Shown: positions 26,758 through 41,580, counted from the stretch's first letter. The stretch: 64,000 nt of DNA from Ruditapes philippinarum (GCF_026571515.1 NW_026867237.1:124001-188000), one strand, 5' to 3'. The notes: generated by a model not told the origin, from the letters alone. Made by a program: numbers and translations.

Positions 26758-28439
26758 AGGTGTTAAAAAAACTTCATTTTGCATCATGTGATTTATGTAA
26801 TTTCTTTGATCGACTCATCTATGTGCCTAGAGTGTAGCATGTTCAAGGAAGTTTCAAAACCACAAATTGAAATAGATTTAAAGGTGTGCAGAAATGATGC
26901 ACTTGTAAAACGAGTATGTATAAAAAATCAATCATGTATGGTTTAAAGAGTTTGCACAAAAGACCACAGGAAATATGCTTCGTTATTTGAATTTGCAGTT
27001 TAATATACATTTGTTATAGGACAAGCATTTAAGATAGAGTATTGGGTGCTTGTATTTGTTACCAATTACAATTTATCTTCATCTATATACATCTGTTAAT
27101 TACCTGAAAGAAAAAAAAATAGATTTTATATATGATATAATGTGGTGCATATTATCAAAACATGTTTTCAAGACAATAAAGTGCATAGCTGAATGACAGC
27201 TGTTTGAAATATTCCTATTATAATTTCCTCCCGCGATCGATCCAAGTTTACTTAAAGTGCTTATTTTTTCTATGGTATTTTATTTCAGAATGGATTTATC
27301 TAGAACAGTACCGTCAAATGTACATCGATCTGAAAAAAGGGGTAATCCCTCGGAAGCAGTGAAAAAAGATATTATATGAAAATTGTAGACTCGGTTTGTT
27401 TGAGACAGTTTAGAAGAGATAATTTACAGTGTAACATCTCTTAACTTTGTCATGCTATGTGTAATGCTATTGTCTTTTATTTTAATTAATGCTTTTAGAA
27501 TAGAACATTTTCTTTGAGGATGCATCGCCATCCTGTCGGTTAATAGTGAAAAAGGGCCACTTCCATAAAGTCCCGTGTCAAAACAGTCAAGATACCAAAT
27601 TTTAAAGTGGTAAACTTTTACAGGGTATCAGAAAGACCCAAACTAGTGATTAGAAAAAATATTTGCATATATATAAACGTCATGATGTTAAAGTAATTTT
27701 CAAACTTAAGATTAAAAGTCACTTTTCAAGTTTTCACATGTTCATATTTTTACACAAACATTATAATTGTCCGACACGATTCAGACTTACTGCTATTTCC
27801 TTACAGAGAGGTTTTCCTTTAAGATCGTTAACAAAATATAATTTTTTATACAGTTAGCTTAAATGACAGTTGTTTTTTGCTGTTAAATCTACATTTTACC
27901 ATGAAAATTCAAGTGCATAATTTAGCCAACAATTTACCACATATTTAAAAACATTTGAAAAAGGAGTGATTCCTTGGAAGCAGTGAAACAACAATATCAT
28001 AGGAACAATGCAGAATCGATTTGAATGAGTCCGTTCAATAAACCAACAAAATGTTGTGCCTAATAAAAAATGAACTCTAGATTAGAGTCTACTTTTCAAA
28101 CTGATAATCTCCTTACCACTTGTATCTTTAAATGCAAAATTCTATTCTCAACATAACACGGGGGTGTTCAGCGTTGTTTGTGTCGTGTGGAGGCTGTAAA
28201 AAGTCGCCCCTTACATTCAATCAGATATGTTATATTTCCGATCCTTAAAGATCGTTCAGCACGACATTATTGTTGTGTTTCTGGTATTTTTTGTTTTAAC
28301 TAGTATTTTCTAGTTGGGTGTTCCAATATTTCTACTTGAATAATGTTGAATCACCCTTAGGTTATGTTGCCTGCTTTTGACGTCTTATCTGTGATATACA
28401 GGCTTCATAAGGTCTGATCCCCTTTCAAAATTCTATTTT

Positions 28440-29060
28440 GTTTAGTTCCGCCCATTGCTTCTCGTTTAGGTACTACATGCTTTCTATTATTTAGGGACCT
28501 TACACCGCTTTTCATGGAATGGCACGGAAGTGTCACATTGAAGGTTCCATGATAACCGCCGTATGAACACATCTGCAGACGTTTCTAAATTCATAATTTT
28601 ACCATCTCATGTTTTAAAGTTGAATTCTGCTTAAGCCGGTGATAGGGGGCGTGGGCGGTATTTTACACTTAACAGTACCGTCCATGATCAGACTCAATCA
28701 AACCGAGCCAGCAACATTTTCAATTCTGCCGTTTTTGGGCTTTCTTTACGGATTCATATTTTCTCTATTTCAACATACATTAAACCAACAGGTAGTAATG
28801 GTGTTTCATTGTAATTATTATTATTGTTCTATATGTGAACAATGACAGTAGTAAACCATACTGCAATGTTCAAAAGCAGAACTTTACATTTAAACATGAA
28901 AAAATGATGATATTTCGAATTTAGAAACACCGGCAGATGTGTTCATGCGGTGTTTATCATGGAACCTTCAAAGTGACACTTAATTTCGTGTGATTCCGTG
29001 ACAAAGAGGCGTATGTTCCGCAAGTAAAAGAAAGCGTGTGCTATAAACGAGAAAACAATA
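28440..29060. mobile_element. Fold-back MITE of the dispersed family
   Basis: gtgtcacattgaaggttccatgataaccgcc...gaacacatctgc (~28530-28576) is inverted at ~28933-28979. Confidence 0.7.
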
Positions 29061-29401
29061 CTACATCATGTTATGCGTGTAATGTTTATGTTTTGTTGAT
29101 ATGGGCCGGAGACCAAAATCAAATAAATCTATTGTCATTGTCATTATTGCATTTAACTGATCAGATTTTCATTTTTTTTTGTCTTTTTCATTTTTTTTTC
29201 AGTTAAAAATATGTTTGGTTATTGTCTAGACAAAATTATTTCTAACATTTACATATACATGCAGTTTGAATTTCACCAGCTTAATTGACTGTTATTTTAT
29301 GTTGTGTATCATGTAAATTTTAATAATTTTTTTTAGATAAGTAAACTGGGATTTACATGGAATAGATATTTTATTAAGTTCTTGTGCATGATCTTAATTA
29401 A

Positions 29402-30129
29402 GGTATTGGATGCCAAATGCAGAATATCCTTTCTGAAGAGTATTCATTTTCAGTTTGGACACAGAGTTTCGATAAAGCGTGGGCTCATCCCCCAAAAGTG
29501 GTAATCTTTTTCAATTTTTTTTCTTATTTTTTGTTTGTTTGGCCAGATTTTGATTTTTTCCTATTTTTTTATTTAAAATCTGAAATTAAGAAAAAGTTAA
29601 AGTTTTATATATAATTTTTATTGTGAATTGTGTGAAATTGGATAGGGTAACACATAAAATTATTGTAATTTGAAATCAGCATGGTAAATTTTCTATATAT
29701 TTTTCACAAATGTTTAGATTTGTATCAAGATAATTATTATAAACCAATATTTTGATGCTCCTATTTTATTTGACAAAATCTAACATGTTTTTTTACCCCT
29801 CTCCGTATTTGATGTAAAATAAAAAGTACCTGTCTCAATAAACAGTAATTGGTTTTATTTGTAATTATTAAAAACTATGGTTCTTTATTAGTACTTTTCA
29901 ACTAAGAAAATATGAAACTAGCAAAACTTTTATTCCGATAATTAAAACATATTCTTTGCTGTTGTTGTTGTATAAAACTGATACAAAAGTTATACATCAA
30001 TTGTCAATAATTTTCAAACAAGATGGTAAACTTTTGTAATTTTTGTATGTATGTCTAGAATATAGTACAGTTTACTAGTTTAAAGTTTTAACTGTCTTTT
30101 GAAAAAGTGTTAATTATACGTCCAATACA
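29402..30129. mobile_element. TTAA-flanked non-autonomous DNA transposon (Kolobok-like)
   Basis: ttaa|ggtattgga ... tccaataca|ttaa short TIRs with one mismatch. Confidence 0.45.
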
Positions 30130-30699
30130 TTAAATAATATATTTTGTAAAAAGTAATATATTATTGCATTAACTTAATGTGTTTGCGCATTCATTTCATG
30201 TGTTTATTTAATCAACAAAAAATGGCGATTGACATTTCAAAATGTTTTATTACACAATGATTTTGAAATCTTTATTTTCAAATAGATACGAAGCTTTGAT
30301 CATAAGGAAACGTCTAGTGATGGACATTAAAGTGGATAAAAAACTTTTTTCAGAAAACGCAAGTTTCGAAATAGCTGCAAGCTACTATGGTTACTAGGAA
30401 ACATACTGTACATTCAAATGTACGTGTAAGGAAGCTGTGGTTATGAACGTCTTACCACAGAAGTTTATAAATAAATATTCAAATTTTTGTTAATTAAGTG
30501 TGAAATTTGATAAATAATTATCTGACTGATCACGTCTTAAATATTCTTAAAACTTATTTTATACAAATACATTTGTTAAACAAGTGTTACTTAATCTAGA
30601 CGATATCAATATTTGTCAATTAAATGTTCACTGTGTATTTTTTACCAAAAATTATGTAACACTTAGTTTGCTCACTTTTTGTTTAAAGATAACAATTTC

Positions 30700-32430
30700 C
30701 TTTCTTCTGTACAGTCACGCTTGGGACCAGGTGACTTTACTGTTAACCGGTTAACATACTTGTACAATACATTATGTAAGGCTTTAGATGAGGGACTAGA
30801 AGTAAGAGCGTTGATATAAGTAAAGCGTTTGGTGGAGTTTGGCCGTAGTCGGTTGTAAACTGGTTTTCCGATGATCTTACTAACATACACAAGGTGGTTA
30901 TTCTACCTGGAGTAAAGTAAGAATGGTCGATAGTAAAGTTGGAGTCCCCCAAGGTTTTATCCTTGGTTCACTTCTATTCCTAGTTTTCATCAATGACATC
31001 GTAGAACACCTAGTCGCCAAAATAAACCTATTTGCTGACGATACTAGTTTACCTATAATTGTTGACCACCCTGATTCTGCTGCTGAAACACTGCAATCTC
31101 ACAAAGACAATATATCAGGTTGGGCCAAAAATGGCTCGTTACTTTCAATTCATCTAAGTCTGAATATATGGCTAGCTCTCGTGAAAGATATAAACCTTTG
31201 AATGCCCCACTTTTTATGCATAATCAACATATAGCAAAAGTCACTAGTCACAAACATCATTTCGTGGGTTGTCACATTAACTACATTAACGACCAGGCCT
31301 GGAAGAGTATACACATTATGAAGACACTGAAGTTTTAGATTGACAGTTAATCTTTTGAAGTCATTTATTAATCTTTCATCCGACCGATTTTGGAAAACGC
31401 CGATGTTGACACAATATGAGAAACTTGAACATAAGAAGGGTCAAAATGAAGCGTGCTGCAAAATCAATTATATAAAAAACCATAGTGAAGTTCCTTTGGA
31501 ATATTTAGAATATCGTAGAAATAATTATATGCTTATATTACTTTAAATTAAGTTGTGTTTTTGACCAATCTACGCAATGCTATCCGAACACGAACACTTC
31601 TTTATCAGCTCTGATTCAATAGAACGCACCCGTCCTAGAGAAGTCAAAGTACAAGATCACTGCGATACCATTTGAGACGAAACATTTCTAAATGTCCCAT
31701 TTTTGTCTACGAAGGCGAAAGAAAGTGGAAGGTCTATCACGCTCGACTTCATACTGAATGTAGTTCGCTCAATCAGCATCAATTATGAAAAATATTTCTC
31801 CAGTTCCTCTTTGTCACTGTGGTATAGTGGAAAGTAAATTACCAGTCAACGCTATGTTGACAGAAGGGCCTGTATTCTTAACACTTTATCTACCATTTGT
31901 TCAGTAACTCTCCAAACTTAGAGACCTAAACATTAGGGATGATGCAAACAAAAGCTTGTTTGAAGCCGTTCATACCTACATCAGAGAAAGCAGGAGCTTC
32001 TTTTGAGCATATTCACATCAACTGTTTGAATCTTTTTCAAATCGTCGAACTATCAAAATGATCTACATATAAGTTATGTCTTCATTTCTATACATTCTTT
32101 CTCATAACATTACTTTCTGTCTTAATTTATTATTTTTTCTCTTGAATTCTATTTAACATATTCGATTACAACTTATTGTAAGGAAAACCTTATTTTTAAT
32201 TATTTAAAAATAAGGATGTAAAATCAAATATATTTCAAGCAAGCCACTTTTACTGTCATACCGTATTTGATGCATTTCAAATCTATAAGGATAAAGTTTT
32301 TATAAGCTCGGCTTTCGGACCGAGTCATTTTTCAACAATCATGCCTGTATGTATACGTTACTTATTGGTATAACATGTATGTACAGTATAATTTGAAGTT
32401 GTTTGAAATATACTCTGTTTAAACAAACGC
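30700..32430 (+). mobile_element. Degraded, 5'-truncated CR1-like LINE
   Basis: GVPQGFILGSLLFLVFINDIV...LFADDTSL and KWLVTFNSSKSE in broken frames; tail tgtttaaacaaac at ~32416-32428. Confidence 0.85.
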
Positions 32431-33730
32431 TAATACAAAAATAATGATAATAAAACTGAATGTATTACAAAATAAATATTTTATGGCCACTTACAAGCTC
32501 AATAGTTGGTTTCATAAGGTCTTACATAGATCGAATTATTGACAAAACCTTACACTTTATATGATTTGGCCTTCAAACATGTTTGGACCTCTCCTTTTAC
32601 GGTCATTTCTTTATTCATAGTTTCACTATTTGTACATGCTCTGCACTTTTGGCATAATTGAATAGTACTCACGGCAAAATGTACTCTTGAAAATATTAAA
32701 TAAATTGTACATGTCATTAAACTGGGTCACTTGAAATTGCATTGTTTATAAACGGGTTTGATGTTTTTATTTTTGCAATAATAACAAACATTTTCTTAAT
32801 GCAGGAATGTATTTACAAAAATAATATAAAAGAATAACATCAAATAACAAGCAATTATAACAATATATTCATTATTCGTTGTTATGGCAATCGTGGAAGT
32901 CGGTTGTTTCTTTGGGGTCCGTTTAGAAGAGGAAATCACGTGGGGCAATGATTCTAAAAACAAGAAAAATATAGTTTGTAAAGCGCAATTTAAAATATTA
33001 CAACACATTTAAAAAACTGAAAGCCGTACAACAATTCTAACCAAATAATGTACATGTTAAACAGCTTAGTTTTTTTATTTTATTTCGGTTTTATAACTTT
33101 ATTTACAAGTGAATAGTTATATAACAATCGTTTCTGAATTAGATAACATGTTTATCAAGTTTATTTCGCCATATTCTTATACTCTATTCATCATATGTCG
33201 GTCAAAAGCTATACATAGCTTATGTTTTGTGAAATGTTATATATATATATATAGGTATAAATATACTACTTCATTTATATCCATTGTAGCAACCATTACA
33301 GTTGTAGTGAATTACTATTTTGTATGGAAGTAAAACTATCACTTTGTTTACACATTTTGATGCCTTTGTCACAAGTCACAAGTAATTTCACATTTCACCT
33401 TCAGGTGATAAGCATTTTACTAATTCAAAACCTATCATTACAACATAATTAAACACGAATTTCATCTTTCAGAAGAAAGATATATTTATTATTTATTCAT
33501 TTCGGAGGCGTAATATGCCTTTAAAAATACCATATCAGAAGCAAAGTAAGTAGTTCAAGATGATTTCAAAGCAAACTTAGTATGATTAAGAAGAAACTTG
33601 ATATTTCTTTTTTAGAATGTTCTTGATTGAGAACTAATTTTAAACACTTAATTCCTTTGTATGCATTTAAGTAATATTTTAACGATTCAAATAAAATCTT
33701 CAAACAATGGAAATACTGTACCTTAAAAGA

Positions 33731-34937
33731 TTAATAATCGTTATCGTGGCTGTCAGTGCTGTAGCTGTTTCCGCCGCCTTTATGACCACCACCATGACCA
33801 CCATGTCCTCCACCTTTTCGATACCCGCCGTAGCCTCCCCCTCCGCCTCCGCCTCGACCCCCTATTCCTCCTATTCCCCCACCTCCACCGGCTCCGAACA
33901 ATAATTGAATCAACAGTATAAACACGAACACTAAAATACAACAAAAATATAATGATATAGCATTAAGAATATGTTAACGTTTATTAGTGCGTATTTACAA
34001 AATTTATAAATTGGTCAGTACTAATCTATTTTAACCGGCTTAGTGTTTTAGATTATTTTTATGAACAGCCGATTTAAAAGACTGATTAACAGTTTGCCGA
34101 TTTACCAAAGTAAATGTGATACGATTTATTTGAAAAACTGTAATCCTATTGGACAAACAATAATTTCAAACACTAAAAATGACATGATGAATGTAAGTAT
34201 TGCGTAATGATTCAAAGATAAGTAATAGAAAAGTAATCATAACAATTGTACTAAAGATTTTAATTATCATATTTATTTGAAATAAAACATTTATGATATG
34301 TTATAATAAATCAGTTTACTAGCAGAAAATATTTGCATTTTTTATAAATAAAAAAGAACTTACAAAATATGATCATTTCAAATAGTCCTCCAAATCCACT
34401 TGCTGAAAATCAAATTTAGTCATTTTTAAGAAATATCTAGAAAAATGTGTAATTTTAAGAAATATCTGTAAAGTATACAAAACGGTATAAACACGTGTCA
34501 ATAAAAATGCTGAAGAATTTATGTTGTAAAACACTTAAATCCAATAAAATATTATGACAAGCCATTAATTAAATGAGCCGCGTCACGACAAAACCAACAT
34601 AATGGGCATCCGCGCAGTCTGATCAGGATCCATTCTGTTCGCTATCAGTTTCTCTACTTGTCATAGGGTTTGTAAGCGAACAGCATGGATCCTGATCAGA
34701 CTGCGCGGATGCGCAGGCTGGTCTTGATCCATGCTGGTCGCAAACGCATTACGTTGGTTTTGTCGTGACCCGGCTCAAAAGAAACTTACAGCCTCCTTGT
34801 CTACCACCGCCGACTTGTCCCCCACCATAACCATATGACGGCATTTGCATCTTCATGTTTGGCATTTTGTACATGTTAGCGGATGCCATCATGGCCACAC
34901 TGAAGAGTGTCACTGCCCCAAGTATATATATCCTCAT
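33731..34937 (-). CDS. Gly-rich signal-peptide / hydrophobic-block protein, paralog D (128 aa); coding exons 34937-34790, 34402-34364, 33930-33731
   Basis: MRIYILGAVTLFSVAMMASA-NMYKMPNMKMQMPSYGYGGGQVGGGRQGGSSGFGGLFEMIIFLFVFILLIQLLFGAGGGGGIGGIGGRGGGGGGGYGGYRKGGGHGGHGGGHKGGGNSYSTDSHDNDY*; GTAAGT donors; 39-nt middle exon. Confidence 0.9.
34573..34777. mobile_element. Palindromic MITE, copy 2 (in an intron of paralog D)
   Basis: atgagccgcgtcacgacaaaaccaac ... gttggttttgtcgtgacccggctca, with a deletion in the left arm. Confidence 0.85.
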
Positions 34938-35149
34938 TATTGCTGATATGGTCTGAAAGAAAGGTACAAACACTTCTTGAAAACAATTATAATATTTAGG
35001 AAAAGCATATTCAACGAAGAAAATACAGATTACTTAACATCAACATTAAATTGCCACTTTGTTATAATTATTAATCATATCATTAAAACTGTATTTAATA
35101 ACTTAAAAGCAATCGATAATGTGTTGTCGGCAAGAATTCTGAAACTTAC

Positions 35150-35216
35150 GTTATTTTACACTCCTAAAGAATAGAATAATTCAATTCCCTTTTATAATAA
35201 AATCTTCTCCCGGAAG
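35150..35216 (-). promoter_or_regulatory. TATA box and micro-exon 1, paralog D
   Basis: TATAAAAG (35196-35189), GTAAGT donor at 35149; ccggaag on + at 35210-35216. Confidence 0.7.
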
Positions 35217-36204
35217 AGGCATGCTTAATTTACAAAAAAAATAATACATGGTAGCTAAGTTCACATAAAACTGTAAAACTGTCTAAAGTTTTCTGAATAT
35301 AGACACATTATTACACCTTGAGCACTTTGCAACAATCCCTTCAGTACCCACATCGCTGAACAGTCTGGTTCTGAAATACCACATGGTCTGGTTCTGAAAT
35401 ACCACATGACCATACATTAAATGTAACCTCGAGAAATCCATGCTTATCAAGCAATAAATTTCAGAACACGACGCCGTTATTCATTTCTACATGCTGTTAT
35501 ATGCTTAGGTTTGCAGATATAGATGTTATAAGATTCAATTTAAAGAAGTAACTTACTTTTTTACGTTGCATAGTTCATTGGTGGTTGCAAGTAGTTCAGT
35601 TGTCACATCGACATATGGAAAGTTCGTATTGATTTTTATTCATTCATATATTTATATTTTTTTATAAATTATTGAAGCATAGTTTTCACTTTAATTATAC
35701 GAATAACAAAGCAACTGCAACTCCGGACGTGTATTCGATTTAAACATTCTGATATGATTATACAATGACGCCATTTATTGCAGACAAATGACATGAATTT
35801 AAGAATACGCTTTCTGATATAGATTACCATTTGTTAATAAATTGTAAATGAGCTATCAAGCCAAGAGGGATATACTGGTTCTGATATTTATAGTATTTGT
35901 ATCTTATACAGAAAAATACGTTACTGTAACTTCAAGCTCCAGATCTAGATTCTCTAGAAATTTTGCACTGGATGCATACAGTTGTGTACCTGGTGGTGTC
36001 GTCTTTAATAAGGACAAGATATTTTAACAGGATTTTATGGTCAACAAGAAACATGTATTAGTGTTTTTATATGCCAGTGAATAGACACAATAAACTGTAA
36101 TGGTTTACTGATAATCAAAATAAATTTATTAAAATTGGACACCCTGAAGAACTTTCAATTCCAATTTCAATTTTGTGATTTTTTTTGGATTTTATTCTTT
36201 ATAA

Positions 36205-36225
36205 TTATAATTATTATTATTATTA

Positions 36226-36258
<33 letters not shown>
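36205..36258. repeat. (ATT)n microsatellite
   Basis: Directly visible, slightly imperfect. Confidence 0.95.
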
Positions 36259-36259
<1 letters not shown>

Positions 36260-37812
36260 GTGAAACAGAGCAAATTGTTCTTAAAATATGCAGCTCATTG
36301 TTACATTTATTATCTCGTAGAATTATTCATATCTATACCTGTACGTAAAATGTTTTACAGTGCATATATTTTACCACATCCTGACTATCGTTGCATAATT
36401 TACGGTAACTGTACGTCTTTTCTATAAGAGAAACTCATTTAGTTCCAAAAGAGAGCTGCAAGACTAATTCTAGACAAAGATTATGACACTCCATCTCTGC
36501 TGGATGAACTTTTCACAGAGGCTAGTTTTTCAAAAAGCTAGTATGACGTTTTAGATATAATAAATAATCAGGCGCCTTCCTATTTATTGAAAATTTCATT
36601 TTTTCATCAGATGTTGCGTTCATCATCTGATGTTCAACTTTACACCCCTAGACCAAATACTGAACAATTTCATAAGTCTACAATTTATTTATATTGAGAT
36701 AATTATTGTTACTCAATATTGCAAACCTTTCACTATAAGAATTTTGAAAAACACGTTTGTAATATACAATTGGTAAAATGTGTGAGGAAAATCTGAAGAA
36801 AAAAAACACTAAGAAGTTACTTAACCTTACGAACTGGGATTTGTGATTTCACGAATTGAACCGCGCAGTGTATAAAATGAAGAAAAATAGTTTGCATTTC
36901 TGTATTTATTGAGTAAAATTGAAACGAGTATTTGCATTAGAAAATTTAGTATAGAGAGCTCGTTTAGCAAGGAAAACGTAATAAAATTATTTTCTTTTTT
37001 TCTTTTATTTTACATTAATTTAGTTCCTAGAAACAGACACGTACATACATCTCATAATTAAGCCTCTTTATTTCCTACATAGGAGTTACAAAGTCCTAGG
37101 GAGGAGTTAAAAACTTTAGGCTTTTTGGTTTCATACGTAGGAGTTTAAAAGTCATACGTAGTAGCTATAAAGTTTTATTCCCCTATGTTACAGTTTAGGA
37201 GTCCTACCTAGTAGTTTTAAAATCCTAATAAGGCTTTCTTTTTTATAGAACAAAGAATTGGCACCAGATTTTTGGCAATTTTGAGACGTCCAGCCGTTGC
37301 CACGGTAACAAGAAATTTAAAATTGAGCATGCTGTTACAGAGGCTTTGGTCCGGGCAACATTTGTGCCAAGTTTCATTAGTATTGAAGTATTTTTCATTG
37401 TTTCATAGCAGTTTGAACTTGTACAGGAGACTTTTCAATAAAAACGGCCGTTTTTCACAATATGCTCATGAATTTAAGGCTAAACATGTTGTAGCATTAT
37501 AGTTATCTCAACATGATAATACTTAATTGTATCTTTTCATAGCCAATCATCTATAAGCCATATACTTTTTTCAGTGTCTTGCAGCTGTAGTTCGTTGTAA
37601 GTCTATATAGAAAAATCAAGCATTGGTGCAACCAATATGGTTAAAGATGAAATAGTAAAGGTCTGTGTCTGCATAAGTTTCAACTCGTTCACGGAATAGT
37701 GTTTATCATAGCTTGATGGACAAATGAGCAGAGAGGTAGTAGTCTAGTTATGAAAACTGCCTGTGCATGCTTGAGTATTAACCTGTGTTGATTGAGCCAT
37801 TGCTGCCTCATT

Positions 37813-38773
37813 TTTGTGTCGCCTCTACGGAGTAGTGGCGACATATAGGGATCACTTCTCCGTCGTCTATCTGTCCGTCTGTCCGTCTGTCTGTATGTCT
37901 GTCCGTCTGTCTGTCCGTCCGTCACAAAACTTGTCCGGACTACTCCTCATAAACTACTGGTGCAATTTCATCCAAACTTTACAGGAATAATCAGTGCCAA
38001 TGCTAGTTGGGCATATTGTCAGCATTTTTTGGTTCAATGATTTTTGTCAGAGTTATGGCCCTTTGATAATTTTAAATTTTAAAGTTTGTCCGGACTACTT
38101 CTCTTATACCACTAATGCAATTTCAATGAAACTTTACAGGATTGATCTGTAGCTCAAGTCCTTGCGCAAAGTGCACGGGTTTTCCGGTTGAATGATTTTT
38201 GGCCGAGTTATGGCCCTTTGATAAAAAGGTTTCATTTTCTGTATGTTGCCAGATACACAAAAGCTTGTCCGGACTACTCCTCATAAACTACTGGTGCAAT
38301 TTCATCCAAACTTTACAGGAATGATCAGTACCAAGTGTAGTTGTGCATATTGTCAGCATTTTCCAGTTCAATGATTTTTGTCAGAGTTATGGCCCTTCAA
38401 TAAATTTTATTATTAAAGTTTGTCGGACTACTTCTCTTATACAACTAATGCAATTTCAATGAAACTTTACAGGATTGATCTGTAGCTCAAGTCCTTGCGC
38501 ATATTGCACGGGTTTTCCGGTTGAATGATTTTTGGCCAAGTTATGGCCCTTTGATAAAAAGGTGTTTTTTTCTGTGTGTTGCCAGATACACAAAAGCTTG
38601 TCCAGACTACTCCTCATAAACTAATGGTGCAATTTTATCCAAACTTTACAGGGATGATCAGTACCAAGTCTAGTTGAGCACTGTCCGTCTGTCTGTCCGT
38701 CTGTCACAAAATTTGTCCCAACATGAAATTGGCCATCATGAGGCGACACATGTGATTACTGATCGCTCTTGTC
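37813..38773. mobile_element. HINE-type element with alternating internal repeats
   Basis: subTIR tgtcgcctc (~37817) and gaggcgaca (~38740), GTCC/GTCT microsatellite ~37860-37923, repeated ttgtccggactact..aaactttacagga units. Confidence 0.85.
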
Positions 38774-39139
38774 AATCATTTAAAAGCACTGTGTCCAGAT
38801 CTTTTTAGCTGTTAGTTTTGTATTGTAGCATCATATAAGTAATATAATTCAGTGAACATTTTATATGTACTTCTAGATTTATTGTAGATTATGTAGACAA
38901 TGGTGTAAGTTTAGTGTATTGAACATCTTTGTAGCCTAAGTTTACTTAATGAAATGAAAACTTGGATTGTTCAATATTTTGAAGCAGTTTCAGCTAGAAG
39001 TAACACTTTTATTGGTAGTAAAATTTTATAGTTTCAGCATCGAAGACAATCAGCTTGGAAGAGAAATGTGTATGATGTTAGTGTCAACCAGTTACCAATA
39101 GAAGCAAACACAGTAGTAAGTCCCTTTTCCTTCCAATTA

Positions 39140-39385
39140 TTTTTAGCGGGACTATTCGATAAGAATAAGTAGAGCTATTGTAGTCACCCAAGCGTCGGCG
39201 TCGGCGTAACCACTTATGTTAAAGTTTTGGAATACCTCAAATATTTTCAAAGTTCATTGACATATGGCTTTGAAACTTTGCACACTTCTTCAGCACCATG
39301 ACCCCAACCAGTAGAAAGGAGGAGGTAATTGTATTAATTATTTTGACAGAAGTATGCCATTTTTCATCTTAGAATTTCGACTTTC
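39140..39385. mobile_element. Truncated HINE-type element head
   Basis: tttttagcgggactattcg...agagctattg followed by (GCGTCG)n. Confidence 0.55.
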
Positions 39386-39744
39386 AAGCCTAAACATAGA
39401 AAGCTACAAAAAAAAAACAATTACAGAACAGTACATACTTTGAGGGGTTCAGTGCAGCCTAGTTTTACATATAAATTTAATGTTACCTGTATGCTTACTT
39501 CAATTTTACTTTTTTTGCCTAGCGTTCAGGCCGCCATTTTATGAACCAATTGTACGATTTTGGTCACGTGATAATCCGCAGTGTTATTTACATACTAGTA
39601 GTTTATTATTAACTATTTATTTGGTATGTTACTAAATATTTTAGGAAAAGAGTCAACAGCCTAACAGATGAAGATTGTGTCCCAACAGAAGAAACAACAC
39701 TATCACCAGCCTTAACAGGTGTGCTTGAATTTTTTTTGAATTAT

Positions 39745-41125
39745 TATACACACGAAACGAAGTTTTGGGGGTAGGGTTATGTTTGCATTTTAATTGTACG
39801 GAGCATAACTTGAAGACTAATGGTTGGATTTCAATACAACTTCATACAATGATCAAGCACATAAAGAGGAAGTGCAGTGTACATGAACCGTAACTCCATC
39901 TTGAATAATTACAGAGTTATTGCCCTTTCTTACTTTTCCTTGTCCGAAGCATAAATTGAAAACTACTAATTTGAATTAAAAACAATTCCATACAATGGTC
40001 AAGCACAATAAGTGGAAGTGCAGTGCACAATAACCATAACTCTTTCCAGAGTAGTTATCTTGTTATTGCCCTTTGTTACTTTTCCATTGCTTTTTCTTGT
40101 CCAGAGCATAACTTAAAAACAACTAGTTGGAATTCAATACAACTTCATACAATGGTCAATTACATTGGGAGAAAATGCAGTACACAGTAACTATAACTCA
40201 ATCTTGACTAATCACAGAGTTTTTCCATTTGATACTTTTTCTTCTTCAGTGCATAACTTGAAAACTAATGGTTTGAATTCAATGCAACTTCATACAATGT
40301 CAGGCACAATAAGAGGAAGTGCAGTGCACGAGAACCATAACTCTATCCAGAGTATTAATAAAGTGGTTGCCCTTTGTTACTTTTCCTTGTTGGAAAACAT
40401 AACATGAAATCTACTGGTTGGAATTCAATACAATTCATACAATTGTCAATTATATTGAGAGTAAGCGGAGTGTACAGAAACCACAACTATTTCTTGACTC
40501 ATTTAAGATAGTCTGCTCTTTGTAACTTTTTATTGTCCAGTGCATAATTTGAAAATTAATGGTTGGAATTCAATGAAACTTCATACAATGGTCAAGCGCC
40601 GTAAGCTGAAGTGCTGTGCACAACAACCATAACTCTATTTGGACTAATTATATAGTTATTGCCCTTTGTTACTTTTTTGTCCAGTGCATAGCTTGAAAAC
40701 TAGTAGTTGGAACTCTATTCAACTTCATACAATGAGAAGAAGTACAGTGTACAATAACCATGACTACAAATTCAGTATTTTCAGAATTATTGCCCTTTGT
40801 TCCTTTCCCTTGTGCGGTGCATAACTTAAATACTTATATTTGGAATACATTGCAACTTCAAACAATGGTCAAACATACTGAGAAGAAGTGCAGTGTTCAA
40901 GATGTGTAACTCTTTCTGGACTTATTACATAGAAATGCAATAAAGCTTCATCAATGGTCAACCACATTGAAAGGAAATTCAATGTATTAGAATCACAACT
41001 AGATCAAATTGCCCACAACCATAACTCAAGTTCAATTATTTTACAAGGTTTTCTGTTTCTAGTAACTTCCTTATTTCCGAAGCAGTCTAACGGGGGTATT
41101 TATCACATTAAGTTATAGTTATAGT
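39745..41125. mobile_element. Older HINE-type element with ~147-bp tandem array
   Basis: About 9 diverged units carrying aacttcatacaatggtcaa and gttattgccctttgttact; ends ttatacacacg.. and ..cgggggtat. Confidence 0.75.
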
Positions 41126-41264
41126 TTATTTTAAATTAAGTTTGAGAAGTACTGATTGATGAAAAAATATCCCTGATGCGCCAAGAAAATGTCCATTTCT
41201 CCGGCATTTAATCTTTCAAAATATTAAATGTAAAACAAACTTTCAAAATTCCATTTTAAATAGA

Positions 41265-41580
41265 TCCGCCCATTGTTTTCTCGTTTTTATACAGTACGTG
41301 GGGACCATATTCCGCTTTTCATGGAATGGTACTTATGTGTCCACATTGAAGGTTCCATGAAACCGCCATATCAACACATCTGCAGATGTTTCAAAATTCA
41401 AAATTGTACCATTTCTTGTTAAATTTTAAATTCTGTTCAAGCCGAAGCTAGGGGCGTGGACAGTACTTTGCACTTGACAGTACCGTCCATTAACAGGCTC
41501 AATCAAACCGAGCCTGCAACATTTTCGAATTTGTCGAGTTGGGCTTTCTTTAGGGATTCTTATTTTCTCTATTTCATTAT
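41265..41580. repeat. Dispersed repeat, copy of 28440-28780
   Basis: Colinear similarity (ccgcccattg..., acagtaccgtccat...ctcaatcaaaccgagcc.gcaacattttc). Confidence 0.75.

Noticed and set aside
26800-32700. A sixth paralog in the long gaps (also 35300-42000 and 44700-48900)
   Set aside because: I found no signal-peptide exon, hydrophobic-block exon or Gly-codon run there by eye; a highly decayed copy could have been missed.
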